The position numbers were made by a program, and so were the translations under genes. A stretch of DNA of 64,000 nucleotides from Moniliella sp. 'wahieum' (lineage: Eukaryota). The notes under the pieces are model-generated. The model ran no database searches. It worked only from the letters and a program-made list of their open reading frames with translations, and was not told the DNA's origin. Of this stretch, positions 23,741-36,614 are shown one piece after another. Each line of letters begins with the position of its first letter. The first letter of the stretch is position 1. The stretch covers positions 372,001-436,000 of the forward strand of contig RSEE01000034.1 of NCBI GenBank assembly GCA_003971905.1, in the 5' to 3' direction.

Positions 23741-26700
23741 CTATTCCGTCGTCCCGTCGTCCCCCCCCCACTTGCCGCCCTTGTTCGTGCCCCCGGGGAG
23801 CTGAAGCTGTGGGCGCCGTTCTCGCTGTTACTGCAGGAGCAAGGCGTGGTAGCAGAGAGGGAACGGGGAGAAGCCATCGCAGCCACGGGATAGCGGAAGA
23901 GGGTGGGTTAGGCCCTGTGAGCTGGGTGGCGAGTCATCTTGGGCGCTGGCGGCACAGTGCCCAGCTGGCCCTCGACCGAGCGGGGGCTGAAGTCCGACTG
24001 CCTCAGCCAGCATGCGATGGGCCGGGACATGGACCAAGTCTGTTCGATGGCAACGGCACGGGCTAGGGCAATGTACTTTGCCCGGGGCGCCGGTTCTAAC
24101 GTTGGGGCGACCAGCACCTGGGCAATCAGTTGCGTTCCATGAACGGGATCAAGAAGAATGTCACGATAGGGTGCTTGGGACACAGCGGACGCCTCGGACG
24201 GCGACGACGCATCGGAGCCGACCGCCTCGGTCTCGGCAGGCTCAAAAAGCAGCGGACAGGAGCGGGCCACGTCCAGCTCTGTGGTCTGGTAGGCCAAGCG
24301 TTGCAAAGCGATCCAGCCCAGCTTATGCGTGGCCAAATCAGCCAGGTGGGGCTGAAAGCGCTGGGCTAAGAGGGCATGCCGATGGCCATGCGAAAACAAG
24401 TGGGACGGGTCGTCGAGCAGCCAATGCAGCAAGATGGCCCCATTCGCCGAGCACGCCAGCGGCACAGCACAAAGCACGATCGCCAGTGCTACCAGTCTCT
24501 TTTGCTGCGGCGTGACCTTGGGATGATCGAGAAGGGCGCGCATGGCGCGCGCTCCAAACCGACCCTGGCCAATCTCCCACGTTTGTTCTAAAAAAGCGGC
24601 AAAGATCACGTCCGTATGCGGAGGGCCAAACCGGAGCAGCCCCTGGATCACGTAGTTTCCATACTGGTCCAACAACAATGGCGGCACATACCGTCCCAAC
24701 GATTCCACCGCCAACACCAATTCTTGTTGTGCCAACGCGACCGACGTCGCCCCGGCGCTTCGTCCTCTGCTGCATACAACCCCTTGTTGGACCCAGGCAC
24801 GGGAATGCACTCCAGCACCTTTTGCGCTGCCCACGTGCCGTTCTTGTGGCATCCGATCCGGGCCAGGTGGGGCGCCAACGACGAGAGCATGGCGAGCTTG
24901 ACGGGCTCCGACGCACGCTCAAACAAACGCTGGACAATCACGTTGGCCAAATAGTCCGACGCCAGAGCTGGCAAGTCGGGCATCAGCGCCTCGGCACATC
25001 ATCCACATCCCACACGGGCGTACTCGGCACATCCAGCGCCCGTCGTAGCTCGCGCAGCTGGGAGGCGTCAAACCGCCGAGCCGTAGGAGGCGGGGAGGAA
25101 GCAAGGTGGAAAACCGACGGGGACGAGAGGCGTCATGAGCAAGCGAGGCGGGTAACTCGTCCTCGAGAGAGAGCCTCGGCTCCGTCGGGGCAGGGAAGAG
25201 GACCAAGCGCATGCAAGATGGCCCGCTGCTCGTCCACACTGGCCGTGATGGCCATCTCGGGCGGCAGAGCAACCCCGCCCCGATCGCTCGAGGGAACAAT
25301 GGAGTTGCTGGCGGAAGCGAGTCCGTGGGCAGCGTTGCGCTCACGAGCAACGGCACTGTAAGCGTTGCCCTTGGGCACCTTGCTCCCTTCGTTTTCCTTT
25401 GCCTCTCCTGCACTGGTCGAAGCCGAGGGTGGAACTGCCTCGTTGGCTGGCACCAGCGACGGATCCGGTTCGTCGTTGGACGCTGTCGAGGCCGCCGAAC
25501 CAGCTGACAGAGTTGCTTTGGCATAGCCAATCTTGATCACGCCGGCATCCAAGCCCGTCGCGTCCAGGCCCAAGCCCAAGCCCACTGCATGGTCCCATGC
25601 GTCCCAACGCGTCCCAGCCACCGCGTTGCGTGCCGCCACAGCGTCGTCCAACTGAACAAAATTGACAAACGCGCAGTTCTTGATGCTCAACACGCGCGTG
25701 CCCTCGAGCGGACCCCAACGGGAAAATAGGGTGGCCAAAGCCGAGGTGGTGAGGTGGGGGGGAGCGTGCCGAGCCAAAGAGCGCGACTGGGAGGCGGACC
25801 GGAGGAAGAAGAGTGGAGTTAGAGGGGGCGGTAACGGTGGTAGTGACGGTGGCGTTGGCGGTGGAAGGTGGACTGATGGCAACAGGAACAGGTGCGCACG
25901 TCGAGGGCGCAGTGACCGAGATGGAGACGGGCAAGGGCAAGGGCACGGCAATCCCACTGGCAACCGTCCCATTGGCTGGGTTGGCTGCGGGGGCCACCGA
26001 TGTGCCCGCTTTGCTGGTCCGAGGCGATGGCCCTTCCTGATGGGCCGGGTAGGCACTCCAATAAGAGACAGGGGCTCGCCTCCGGACCCTGTTCCACTCA
26101 TTCTTCCTTCCGGCGAACGGGAAGGGTAGGGTGGCAACAGAGAAGGGACCGAGGCGCTGAGGGGATCAATCCCCTCCTGTTCGTCGGCACGGTACGACTC
26201 GCCTTCCCATGCGGATGCGGTCAAGGGGGAGGTGGGGGCAGGGCGTGAAAGCGAAAGACGCGAGGGGACCAAGACAGCGGGCAAAGATGGATGGTGGGCA
26301 CTTGGCCTGCCAGGGAGCCCGGGCAGAGGCCCGGCCGAAGCAGCGAAATGGTGATGGGACGGTCTCATTGTGGTTGGGGCCAATCGCCCTGGGCGGGAAC
26401 GGCCGCGTAGCCTCCCGGGCCGGTAGCAAACGCACCCACCGTTCCTGCGCGCGTGCGCTTGGCGATCAAGGATGAAGGCACATATTCTTCGGCACTGTAG
26501 CGGGCCGAGGTGGGAGAAGGGGTAGGAGAGGGTTCACAGTGCACTAACGACGAATATCGTCGGCCTGGGTTGGGAGCGACGTAGCGCATCGCCTTCGTAC
26601 TGTCCAGGGGGGCGGGGGGATGGAAATAGTAGAGCGAGGCAACTCTTCCGACGCGGCAAACCGTTCGGGTGGGTCCATCATACTCGCCGCCCGCCGCCGC

Positions 26701-27409
26701 CCACCTGACGGTTGATCCTCATGAAGATGGCCGAGTCGGTTCCACAGCGCTTTGGAAACCATTTGGCTGGCCGGACCGAGGGCAGGAGGCCCGGGGACAA
26801 GATAAGGCCCGGCCGACCCCTGCGCAGCGTGGGGTCAAAAACGTCGTGGTGGGACAGCGAGGGTACAGCCGCCGAGGCGAGCGCTGCGGACGCTGCAGCG
26901 ATGGCGTCGTGTTCGGAGAAGATGGAATCGGAGGGGTGCCGAGGGACATGTGGGTGGGGGAGGGGGGGTTGCGGGCTAGCGGTGTACGGGAAGGCCGCGC
27001 CCAGGGCCAAGGTAGACGCGCGATCGCGCCCCTCGCGCAGCGCTGCCGGCGGGTGCGGGCTGGGCAGAAGCGGGACAGGGGACGAGCCTGGGGTAAATGG
27101 CATCGTGGTGGCAGGCACGGGAGGCAGCGTGATGGGCCGGCTGGGATGGGAGGGAATCGGCGCAGCGGCAAAGGCAGACGGAGGCATGTCAATGCTCTGG
27201 TGGCGAGTGGCAACCAATGGGGCCAAGGGAGCGGCGGTAGAATCCGGCGTGGCCCAGATGGAATGCCAGGCAGGATCCAGCCGCGGCGGTAGGTCCTGCT
27301 CGCTCGGGCCCAAGCCCATGTCCAGGCGGTCATTGCTGGCCAAGGGGCCCATGCCCATGCTCATGTCCATAATGTCCATGCCCACGGTGTCGAACCTCAG
27401 ATGGTCCAT
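23741..27409 (-). CDS. Pumilio-family RNA-binding protein with RRM (Jsn1/Puf1/Puf2-like)
   Basis: RRM: LATLFSRWGPLEGTRVLSIKNCAFVNF...IKIGYAK. Puf repeats: LASDYLANVIVQRLFE, HKNGTWAAQK, DQYGNYVIQ, GRFGARAMRA, CSANGAILLHWLLD, LATHKLG. Both ends uncertain because of frameshifts. Confidence 0.85.
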
Positions 27410-29137
27410 CGGCAGGTCCAAGGTGGACCGCAGCTGACGTGCCTCATCGGCTGTTTCAGGGGTCCGGCGAAAGAGGGAGGCAGCGAGGGTCGTGCTACGG
27501 GGGGGGCCATGAGGGAGGTGGTGATGGGAGGGCAAGCGAACCAAGGAGGGGCGAGGGTGGCTCGATGTCTGTCTGCGTTGCCGTGGCGGCGACTTGGCGT
27601 CGGCCCGCGCTCGGCACAAGGCCTGGGGGGGAGGGGCTGGGCGCTGGCATGGTTGCGGGCATTGCATGATCCGAGGGATGCGCCAGGGGCTGGCCGTCTC
27701 AATTCCAATTGGGCCAAGCCAGCCTCGGTGCCTGGGTGGGACCCTGCCAGCGCCCACGCTACGTACCTAACCGCTTACCCCGCCGCGTCTCGTCAGCCAC
27801 TTCCTACCCGTCTCTCTGTTCCCTCCTACGGCCTAAGGCCTAAAAGGCCTAAGGCTTGCCACGTCTAACATGCTAACAACACCGTCGGCACTTGTGCGTC
27901 GCGGGAGGGACACCAGCGGGAGACACACGACTCCAGAGCGTTTCGTTTCGGCGCACTCTGCGTTATCGCGCCTCCCCGCCCTCTTTTGATCCGTAGGCTA
28001 GGGGCTTGGGCGCACAGGAAACGCACTGGCAGTTGGCTCGCAACGTCACCCGTCGCCGCCACTTCCCCCGCCCCCACAAGGCGCCAGACAATCTTCAACG
28101 TCAACTGAACGTTCGCGCGGGGCAACAGGCCCACCGCCGCTCCGTATCGCATCCACCAGGTGGCATCAGCGCTGGCGCTGAGGCTCAGCACGTATTAATA
28201 TAAGAGCAACCCCAAAAGGCACCCACAGACCTACAAAAGGGACGAACGGGCGGCCAAAAACGTCTCCCCTACCCCCCTGGCTCCGATGTCTAATTAAACT
28301 CATTCTATAAGCCGTCGCGGGTGCGCCCCTCAGCGCCTCAGCCTTTGGGGAGGGTGCAGCAAGATCGGCTCACTCGCGTCGACGGCCCTCTTTCAACACA
28401 CGGTGACGCGATGACGCGGTGACGCTCAACGTCCGTCGAAGCCAAGGCGCGAATTCGCTTCGCTGATGCGCCGATGCACTGATGGCAGTTAAGTTAACGT
28501 TTAGCCCCTTTGACCGTTGAAGTGTCTGACAGCTCTTCGTTGAGCCTCAACGTTGAGCGCTACCGACGGCTCACAGGCTCACAGCGCTCCCAGCAGACCG
28601 ACGCGCTCAGGCTGAGCGCTGACAGTGCTGACATGTGACAGCTCCCACGCTCGCACACGAGCTTCAGCGAGAACCATCTGCAAGCTACTGCTGCCTCCTA
28701 TGGCTGTAATCAATACCCCCCCCCCGGTCCCCCCCACCTTCTTTTGACTCTCTACCCACACATCTCATTATTGTGGGCCACACATCCCTCAGCGATCATC
28801 ACCGCTTAGCGCTTACCCGTTACGCTACTACCTTCGTAAGGCCCTAGGGGCTTTGTAAAACCCGCATCAAAGAAAGATGTGTGTGTATTTTTTCTGCCCT
28901 CCGTGACTGCTCTAAGCTACATTGCGGGGGCCGAGTGAAGAGGGAGCCCAACCGGTCTTCCACCGTGCATCACAAATTGCAGAAGGAACCACCGCCCCGG
29001 CGGACAAAGAGAGGTGCATTAGACCCAAATGTCACGAAACCCCCGAAGGGATCAAAGTGGGAACAACAGCACAAACCGAGGGCCACACTTGTAAGAAAAA
29101 GACAGAATGTTCATTCCAGCAGCACGACCATCCTCGC

Positions 29138-30125
29138 TTACACCAAGGCAGCCACCGCAACGGCCAGGGCCAGCGCAGCGCCGGCAGCGGCTTGAGGTGG
29201 GAGGCAGGCGACTTGCTGCTCGTCGAGCTGGCCGAGGCGGCGGACGAATGGCCAGCCAGAAGAGGCGGCGGAAAGGGTTCAGCTTGGCGTACACCGACGA
29301 GCTCGCGACGCATCGCGCGCCGGGGCCGAGGTGGAGCTGGCCTTGCTCGAGGTGCCCGTTTTGGATCTGCTCGTAGCTCATGGCCACAATCGGACCCAGG
29401 TTGGCCTGCTGGACGTGGCCAAGTCCCAGCTCTGGCCGGCCCAGTTGTTCACCGTCGCAGACGGGTAAGGCGCCTTAAAGTTGGCCGGCTGCGCCCAGAC
29501 AAGCTGCATGTAGCGATGCGGGCCATCGCCAGCCTATTGCAAGGGAGAAGGGGTTAGCTCAATGGAAAGAGGCCAAGCCCGGCGGTTGGAAGTGCGAAGA
29601 AGGCTGAGTGATACGTACAGGAGGCGCCGGAGGGCCGTACTTGCAGATAATGTCCGAGTCGGAGCCCGTGAAGACATTGTTGTTGCCAATCTTCATGTTG
29701 TTCTGGAGGTAGTGGCGGGTGACATTGTTGCCCTGGGACGAGTCGCCATTGTACGAGGCGTCGACGTACATGAGGGTGTAGAGGGCGGACGAGTTGAACA
29801 CGTTCGACTGCGACGAGGTGTAGCTGACAGAGAACTCAGGGGCGGTCTGGATGTCGGAAACGTGCTGGACCGAGCCGAGAGCAGCCTGCTTGCCACCGTA
29901 CGAGACGGACAGCACGCCTTGCGGGTCGACCCAGGCCGACTGAAGCGGCTTGGGGATCAGGTCGGCGCCCTGGAACTGGGCCAGAGCCTCAGCGACGCCA
30001 TCGGCCACGCTCTGGGCGGAGGCGGAGCCGGACTGGCGCTTGGCGAGCGTGAAGCGCGAGTGGCCCGAGGCGAGGGCGGCCGACGCAACGGCAAGGGTAG
30101 CGGTGGAGGCAGTGAGAAGGTGCAT
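29138..30125 (-). CDS. Secreted, probably GPI-anchored PEBP (phosphatidylethanolamine-binding) family protein
   Basis: Signal peptide MHLLTASTATLAVASAALA; YTLMYVDA, TRHYLQNN, YGPPAPP|AGDGPHRY across intron 29534-29618. Ser-rich linker and hydrophobic tail ...ALALAVAVAALV ending at TAA 29138. Confidence 0.8.
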
Positions 30126-31196
30126 GGTGTGGTGGAGGGGAGAGACCGTAACGGAAACGAGTGGGGAGTGTGTGGGGGGAGGAGCGGAGGAATGTGAGGG
30201 CGGGTGGTGGTGGGAGCAAAATAGGCTTGGTGGGAGGCTCGGCGGGCTGCCAGGAGTTGGGAGGGCCGCCAGCAATGCACCATGGCTCTGTTCTGCCGCC
30301 TGCAAGCTGGAGCTGGGGCGCAGGGCAGCCAGCGGCCGGCCGCACCAGCGCAGTGTGCACCGGGCCGCGTCGGACTTGGGCAGCCTCGGGGCCAGAGGGC
30401 GGTGGGGTTCCTGGCCCGCAGACTGAAGCCGTGCGACGAAGCGCGGCGGGGACACGCGACGGCGCAGGACGGGCCCCGCGCTGGCTGTGCACAGGGGCAG
30501 CCTCAGCCCGCGCCTGCGCCGACGTGGATCGACGCCAGCCGAGCGGCTGCCCCCGCGCCGGGGGCTGCACCGCAACACACCAACGGGCTGTTCGGTGGCG
30601 CGCGGCATGTCACATGTCACTAGCACTCGTTGCCGCCGATGGGGGCGGGGCGAGGACAGGCATGTGACTAGTGACTTGACCAGTGGGTACTGAGTGCCGA
30701 TGCATGATCAGTATCCGATCGATGAGATCGGGCGTCTGGGATCGGCGCTCGGCACTCGAAGCCTGACATTACGCATCCATGCACGAGTGTTTGGTTTGAA
30801 CGTTCACCCCCGTGTGTCACCACCACCTTCATTAGCTTCATTACAACTACTACGGTACTATTACTGCGGTGCATGGAGCATTCACCTGCCACCCACAGAC
30901 CTGCCATCCGACTATGTCCAATTTATTGGCCACACGCGCCAGCGCACCTACCAACACAGCTCCATCGCAACAAAAAGGTGGGAAAGGAATTCAGAAGAGG
31001 GCAGGGCAGACAAGACAGGCAGAGGGCAAAGCAGCACGCCGCACACAGCAACGGGTAGATACAAGCAATGGCGTGCACACCCTTCTTCGCCCGCTGGGCG
31101 AACCAGCACAACATCATGCCCCTGGCAGAACAGAAAGGAAGGCCGGGCAGCCGCACTGGGAACAGCAATGCAATCAGAGCCAAGGGCGTCGCCCGC

Positions 31197-33256
31197 TTAG
31201 ATTTTGAGCGTTCCCTGCCCGGTGAGGTAGTGCTGCAAGTCATAGTACAGCTCTGCAATCTCCTCGGGCTTGAGCTGGGTTACAGCTACCTGGAGAACGG
31301 CACCCACAGTAGTGTGGTGTTCGCGAATGAGCGAAGCGTAGTAAGTGTAGGCCCAGAGGCCCATGAGGAACTGGCAGTCAAACCGGTCCGTCAAGCCACC
31401 GTGGCCTGGGATCGAGTCGCCAAAGTCTTTGATGTGGAACGCCCGCTTAAATCCCGACGCAAAGAACCCACCAAACGGCGCGACGAGCGAGGCAAACGAG
31501 GCCATGACCAAGCTGTGCATCTGGAAGAGCGTAAAGGGCAGGTGGGTGATCTCCTTGCCCCCCGTCAGCGGCGCCAACACTGCCGTCACAACATGCGCAA
31601 CCGAAGAGGGCAGCGGAGCATAGTGCCACACAAACACACGGTTCGGCTCACACTGCATGTGGCTCCACGCATTCTCGCCAAGGGACACGGCCGGGCATGT
31701 CTTTGCAGATACCCTGTTAGTTTCACAGATGACTTGAAAAGTAACGTGAAGGGAGGGGTGTACATACCATGTAGTTGAACTGTTGGAAGAAAGAACCCAG
31801 AAGTAGGAGAAGATGACAGTAACCACAAACGCGCCAAAGAAGCCTTCTCGTGTCTTCTTGGGCGAGAGAGAGATAAGTGGGGTACGTCCAAAGAGCATAC
31901 CACACACGTAGGCGAAGATGTCATTGCAGATGATCAGCGATGCGGGCACCCAGAACCAAATGAGACCCTCAAGAATCGAATTGACCATAAAGTGGCTGCT
32001 AACCACAATGAGGAAAAGGGTCATGTGGACCCAGGAGAAGAGGCCAAATTGGTGCTTGAGGTTGTCGCGCCGCAGTTGGAGAATAAAGGCCATGAAGCCA
32101 AAAACGTAGAGCATCAGACTGAGGAAGCGGTGATTCTTAGCAAAGTGAACAAAGTAGACCTCCTCGTAGATAATATGCTTAAAGTAGTAGACCAGCGACT
32201 CGCCATAGAGGAAGTAGTTGGCCACGACAAAAAGTACCACGACAAGGTCTTGTTCCAGAGAGCATCCTTTCGGCGCTGGACCGCTTCCTCCGGAGATTCA
32301 TCTGAAACGTCCACTCCTGAAGGGTGCTCCGCCAGGTTGAACAGCCCGACAATCTCGCGGTACACCAACGTAGCGAGCAGCATAACCAGCAGGATCATGT
32401 ATGGATGTCCAAGGAGCAAGAGACCCACAAAGCCGCCAATCATAAAGAAGGTGAAGATGGTACGTTGGTACACCTTGGTCCACCATGCCTTTGTCTCTGC
32501 TTGCTTTTTGGCAATGGTTTGAACCTCGGATTCGGCCTCCTCCACTTCGGAAGGGGAAGGGGCTGCTTCACAGGCTCTTCCTTCGTGTCCTTCTCCTGCA
32601 CCTTCTCTTCCTCTTCTCCGACTTGCACCTCCTCATCTTGCGTCTCGTGCCTTTCCGGGGCATCCACGCTGGCGCGGGCTTGAGCATGGGACGTAACGTC
32701 GTTGACAGTAGACGAAGCCGCAGCGCTGGCGGTCACCGAAGTTTCCGGATCGCGAGTGGTTGCCCGTAGCCTCGGCGACCGCTTCCGCTTCGGCACGCAC
32801 ATGATGCGGGTCCTTGTCATCCAAGCTGGCGTGGGTGTGAGTGTGGCCGTTCTCGGTGCCCGAGGTGGTAGCCTTCGCGTCCTGAGCCCTTGGGTTTCGC
32901 GTCCCGGCTCTCTGTCGTCTGCGAGGGCGCGAGCTTGGCAGGGGCGGGCGGGCTGTTGGTCGCCGTGGGCTCCAGGCTCTCTGCCACCGAGTCAGACTGG
33001 GACGGGGGAGCGGGCTTGGCGCCACGGCGACGGCGTGTGGCAGGAGTGAGGTGGGCATCGTCGTACGCCTCGGCCGACGTGGTGAGCGGGCTGTCGTCGT
33101 TCGGCTCGGGCTCCGACTCGGACTCGCTGCTGGACGCGCCTTCGACCTGGAGAGCGTCAAAGGCGGTGGGGGTCGCGTAGCGCGACCCCACGGCGCGCCC
33201 AGCCGACGAGACGGGGGTCCGGGCGGCGGTCTGGAGCGAGGAGTGCGGGGAGGCAT
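31197..33256 (-). CDS. CDS1: Phosphatidate cytidylyltransferase (CDP-diacylglycerol synthase)
   Basis: IICNDIFAYVCGMLFGRTPLISLSPKKTREGF, APFGGFFASGFKRAFHIKDFGDSIPGHGGLTDRFDCQ. Intron ~31714-31767. Acidic N-terminus frameshifted. Confidence 0.95.
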
Positions 33257-34097
33257 GGCGCCGAGGGTGACGGGGGAGGGGAAGGGGGCGAAGAACAAGC
33301 CGCCACTCGGGACTTCTGTCGGCCCGGACGACGCGACAGCAGGCGGGCAGGCGGGTGCGGCCGGCGGCACGGGGCCGGTGTGCGGCGTTGGCTGCTGGGT
33401 GCGTGCATGCGGCCCAGCAGCGCGCCTGGGCAGTGTGGCGGTGGCCTGCGGTGGCACCCTGCCTGGTGGGACACGTCACCCATCATGCATCACGCGGCAT
33501 GTCACGCGGCCCCGCGGCCTCTGCAGCGTATTACGCAATGCTTACGCAGGCGGCATGGCGGGGCGGGGACTGGCGCGGCCCGACACATCTCCCCCGCGCA
33601 CGCAGCACGCCTGCCTCTCTCACACGCCGCCGCCCTCCTGCCCCCGTGCCCAGCACCCATCCGTCCCCGCACCTGCTGACGTCATCCACGCCCGCCTTTT
33701 GAAGCGATGATGCCGTCACGTGGCATATCTCTGTCTTTTGTGGGTGAAGTTCTTATAATCATCTTGCGTTCATCCGCGCCGCCTATAGGGTACAGGCGCT
33801 ATCCTTTGCTGTCTAACACACACTGCATCCCGCAGGTCTTGGTCTGTCCCCGGTATAGTTCTCTCTCACAGACGCCTGCTGTCAGTGGGAAATGAAAAGG
33901 TCAAGTGTTCTACTAGCCGAGTCCCCCGCCGTAGGCCACAAAGCAACTTGGCTCCCAACCTGATGACGGGAGAAAAGGAGATGACTCTGGTCATTGCAGA
34001 TGGGAGGACGAAGAGCTGGTGGATTCGAAATCTATTGTGTGGTAGTGTGCATCTGTGAGAAAAATATGTCAGGAAACGTGAGATGGAGGAAAGGGAG

Positions 34098-34717
34098 TGT
34101 CACGGGCGGCCCCCGCCAGGGGGGGCTCACCCAGGTTCTTGGGGTACGATCCCTTAGGCGACGGTAGGTCGACACACGGTAGTTTGGGCGTGGGCTGGTT
34201 GATGGGGATCCTTTCCCCCACCTTCCATTCTCGTCATCCTCTCGTTCCCTCTCTCACCCAACCTCCCCTCTCGTCCTTTCCCGCCTATCCTATCCGACTC
34301 CTGCCCCTTTTCCAGCCAATTGATCCAGTACATGATGCCTCCTCTTGTTAGCGTCCGACTTCTCCTCCGACCTCGTCCTCCAGCAACCCGTCAGTCCAGT
34401 CGCGCCAGCCCTCCTCTGGCAGCGTCGAGTTCCAGTCTCTATCCAGTCTCAGCTAAGGCAGTGTTTGCCCGCCGCTGCCTCCTCCCGTCCCTAAGTCCCC
34501 CGGAGGCTTCAGTCACGTTATTACGGCCCAAGCCGGTGCAGACGCAGCCTTGCCACACCAGCAGCCGCTCCACCAAAGGCCTCTCTTCGTCCCTAGCTCC
34601 GCTCGGATCCACCAAGTAGCCCAAGCCCGAAACTACCGCGAATCGACCTACCGTCGCCTAAGGGATTGTACCCCCAAAACCCCGGGCGAGCCCCCTGGCG
34701 GGGCCCGCCCCGTGATA
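34098..34717. mobile_element. 620-bp non-autonomous element with ~100-bp imperfect terminal inverted repeats; internal part homologous to the 3' part of the element at 35372-36208
   Basis: Begins TGTCACGGGC and ends GCCCCGTGATA. 34098-34201 is the reverse complement of ~34614-34717 (shared core CCCTTAGGCGACGGTAGGTCGA). Flanks gggag/gggaa form an imperfect 5-bp duplication. Confidence 0.75.
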
Positions 34718-35371
34718 GGGAAAATCAACATGGATTGGATAAATCTATGGACGGATTGTGGAACTATACATATATACCTCACTCACAAGGACCGTCGGGT
34801 ATACAGCTAATAGGTGTAGACGCGTCTTCGAACCGATGGAAGTCACGTCGTATATGGTACCCATTCGGGCCCCATAGCACGACGGCCGCATCTGCGAAGT
34901 CGGGCATGGCAGTTCTGCACTCGGTCGGGGAAGGCGAGAAGCTGGTCTTGGGAGGCAGTAGGGGAGGGGATCAAAGAACTGTTTCCGAACGGAGTAGAGG
35001 TATGTACGGGTGTGGGTGGGGAGGTACAGGCGGGCAGACTGGATGTTACTCCGGCTCTACCAATGAGGATGTGGGCTTGACCTGAGAGCATGCGCGCCTT
35101 TTGTCTCCCTCTCTCTAATCCCTCCGTTGTCTACTACCGGACCATGGTGCGGGGGTCATATCAACGACTCATCATTAGTTTAGTATACCTCAGTCTGCCG
35201 AAAGCCCTGTGGGCCTTATGCTCCCGGCCGTGGAGGATGTCTCCGTTTGCACTGGTGCCACACATCGGGAAGCAAGTCTTGCTCGGTAGGCTTCGGATTC
35301 CTCGGTCTAAAACCCCCTTCAAGCCCATTGCTCACCCGAAGGGTTGAAGAAGCCCGCGTATTAGCCCCCCC

Positions 35372-36208
35372 TGTCACGGGCTGCGGCGGACACGAGATGG
35401 TCCGACCGAAGCTAAGGCCCGCCTGCTCCGCACAGGCCCAGTAGAGCGTGCTCCGCAGGCCAACCGAGTGTGATGATGGTTGGCTAAATTAAGTATCGTG
35501 GCCGAAGGGCCATGCTCAGCGCGACAACAGTCGCCTCCCGCCCAAGTCCACGTCGGCCGGCCTAAATAAGGCCACCGAGCTTCCAATGCCGTGGCGGCGT
35601 CTGCCGCCTCGTTCCCGTTTCCTTTTCCTTTCTCGGTCGCGCCTGCGGCGACCAACCCCGCTTTTGACATGTCTTCTTTTCTACACCCCCTCTTGTACCC
35701 GTTTCCCTTTTGATCCTGCCTGTACCCCTGGTTGATGGGATCTTTTCCCCCACCTTCCATTCTCGTCCTTCTCGTCATCCTCTCGCCTTCCCGTCTATCC
35801 TGTCCGACTCCTGCCCGTTTCCAGCCAATTTATCCAGTACAGGCAGCTTCTCTTGTTAGCGTCCGACTTCTCCTCCGACCTCGTCCTCCAGCCCTTCGTC
35901 AGTCCAATCGCGCGAGCCCTCCTCTGGTCGCGGCGATTCCCAGTCTCTGTTGAGGCAGTGTTTGTCCCCCTCTGCCTCCTCCCGTCCCTAAGTCCCGGAG
36001 GCTTCAGACACGTTACTACGGCCCAAGCCGGTGCAGACGCAGCCTTGCCACACGTGCAGCCGCCCCACCAAAGCCTCTCCTCGTCCCTAGCTCCGCTCGG
36101 ACGCACCAACCAGCCTAAGCCCGAAACTACCGTGAGTCGACCTACCGTCGCCTAAGGATTGTACCCCATAAACCCAGGGCGGGCCCCTGGCGGCGCCCGC
36201 CCGTGACA
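35372..36208. mobile_element. Solo-LTR-like element (837 bp)
   Basis: Termini TGTCACGGGC...GCCCGTGACA (10-bp perfect inverted repeat, TG..CA), flanked by CCCCC on both sides. TATA-like taaataa at ~35563. No coding capacity. 35728-36208 is repeated at 34195-34717. Confidence 0.75.
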
Positions 36209-36614
36209 CCCCCCTCCCGGTGTGTCTATAGCATAGGCGTGGTGTGTGTGCGTACAACCTCTCCTTGCTAGTATAGATGTGTAGTAGCAAGTGCGGTGTG
36301 CTGGCGGCCTTTTTTGCTCGGTGGCGGTAGGCGGTGCCAGCTGCACCTCATTGACTAAGGGGGTTCGACACGAGAGAACCCTCGCAAATGGCAATATCGT
36401 GTCCATTTCTCCACAAGGAGGTTCAACGTTCAGGGCGTCGTCAAAAGTGAGATCCAAGTAGCCGGGGTAAGGGGCAGGTGAGCACGGGTGCATCCCCCCG
36501 TGCACGATGGCAAGGAGAGACTCTATGCAAAGGTGTCAATATAACGACGACCGCCAACTACGCGCGACCCTACAAGTGGCTCATTGAGCAGGCAATGAAA
36601 AACAAAACAAAATA

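Noticed and set aside
34098..36208. Intact LTR retrotransposon or TRIM with the two repeats as paired LTRs
   Set aside because: The left copy lacks the 5' part of the right copy, each has its own flanking duplication, the copies are clearly diverged, and no PBS, PPT or gag-pol is evident between them.
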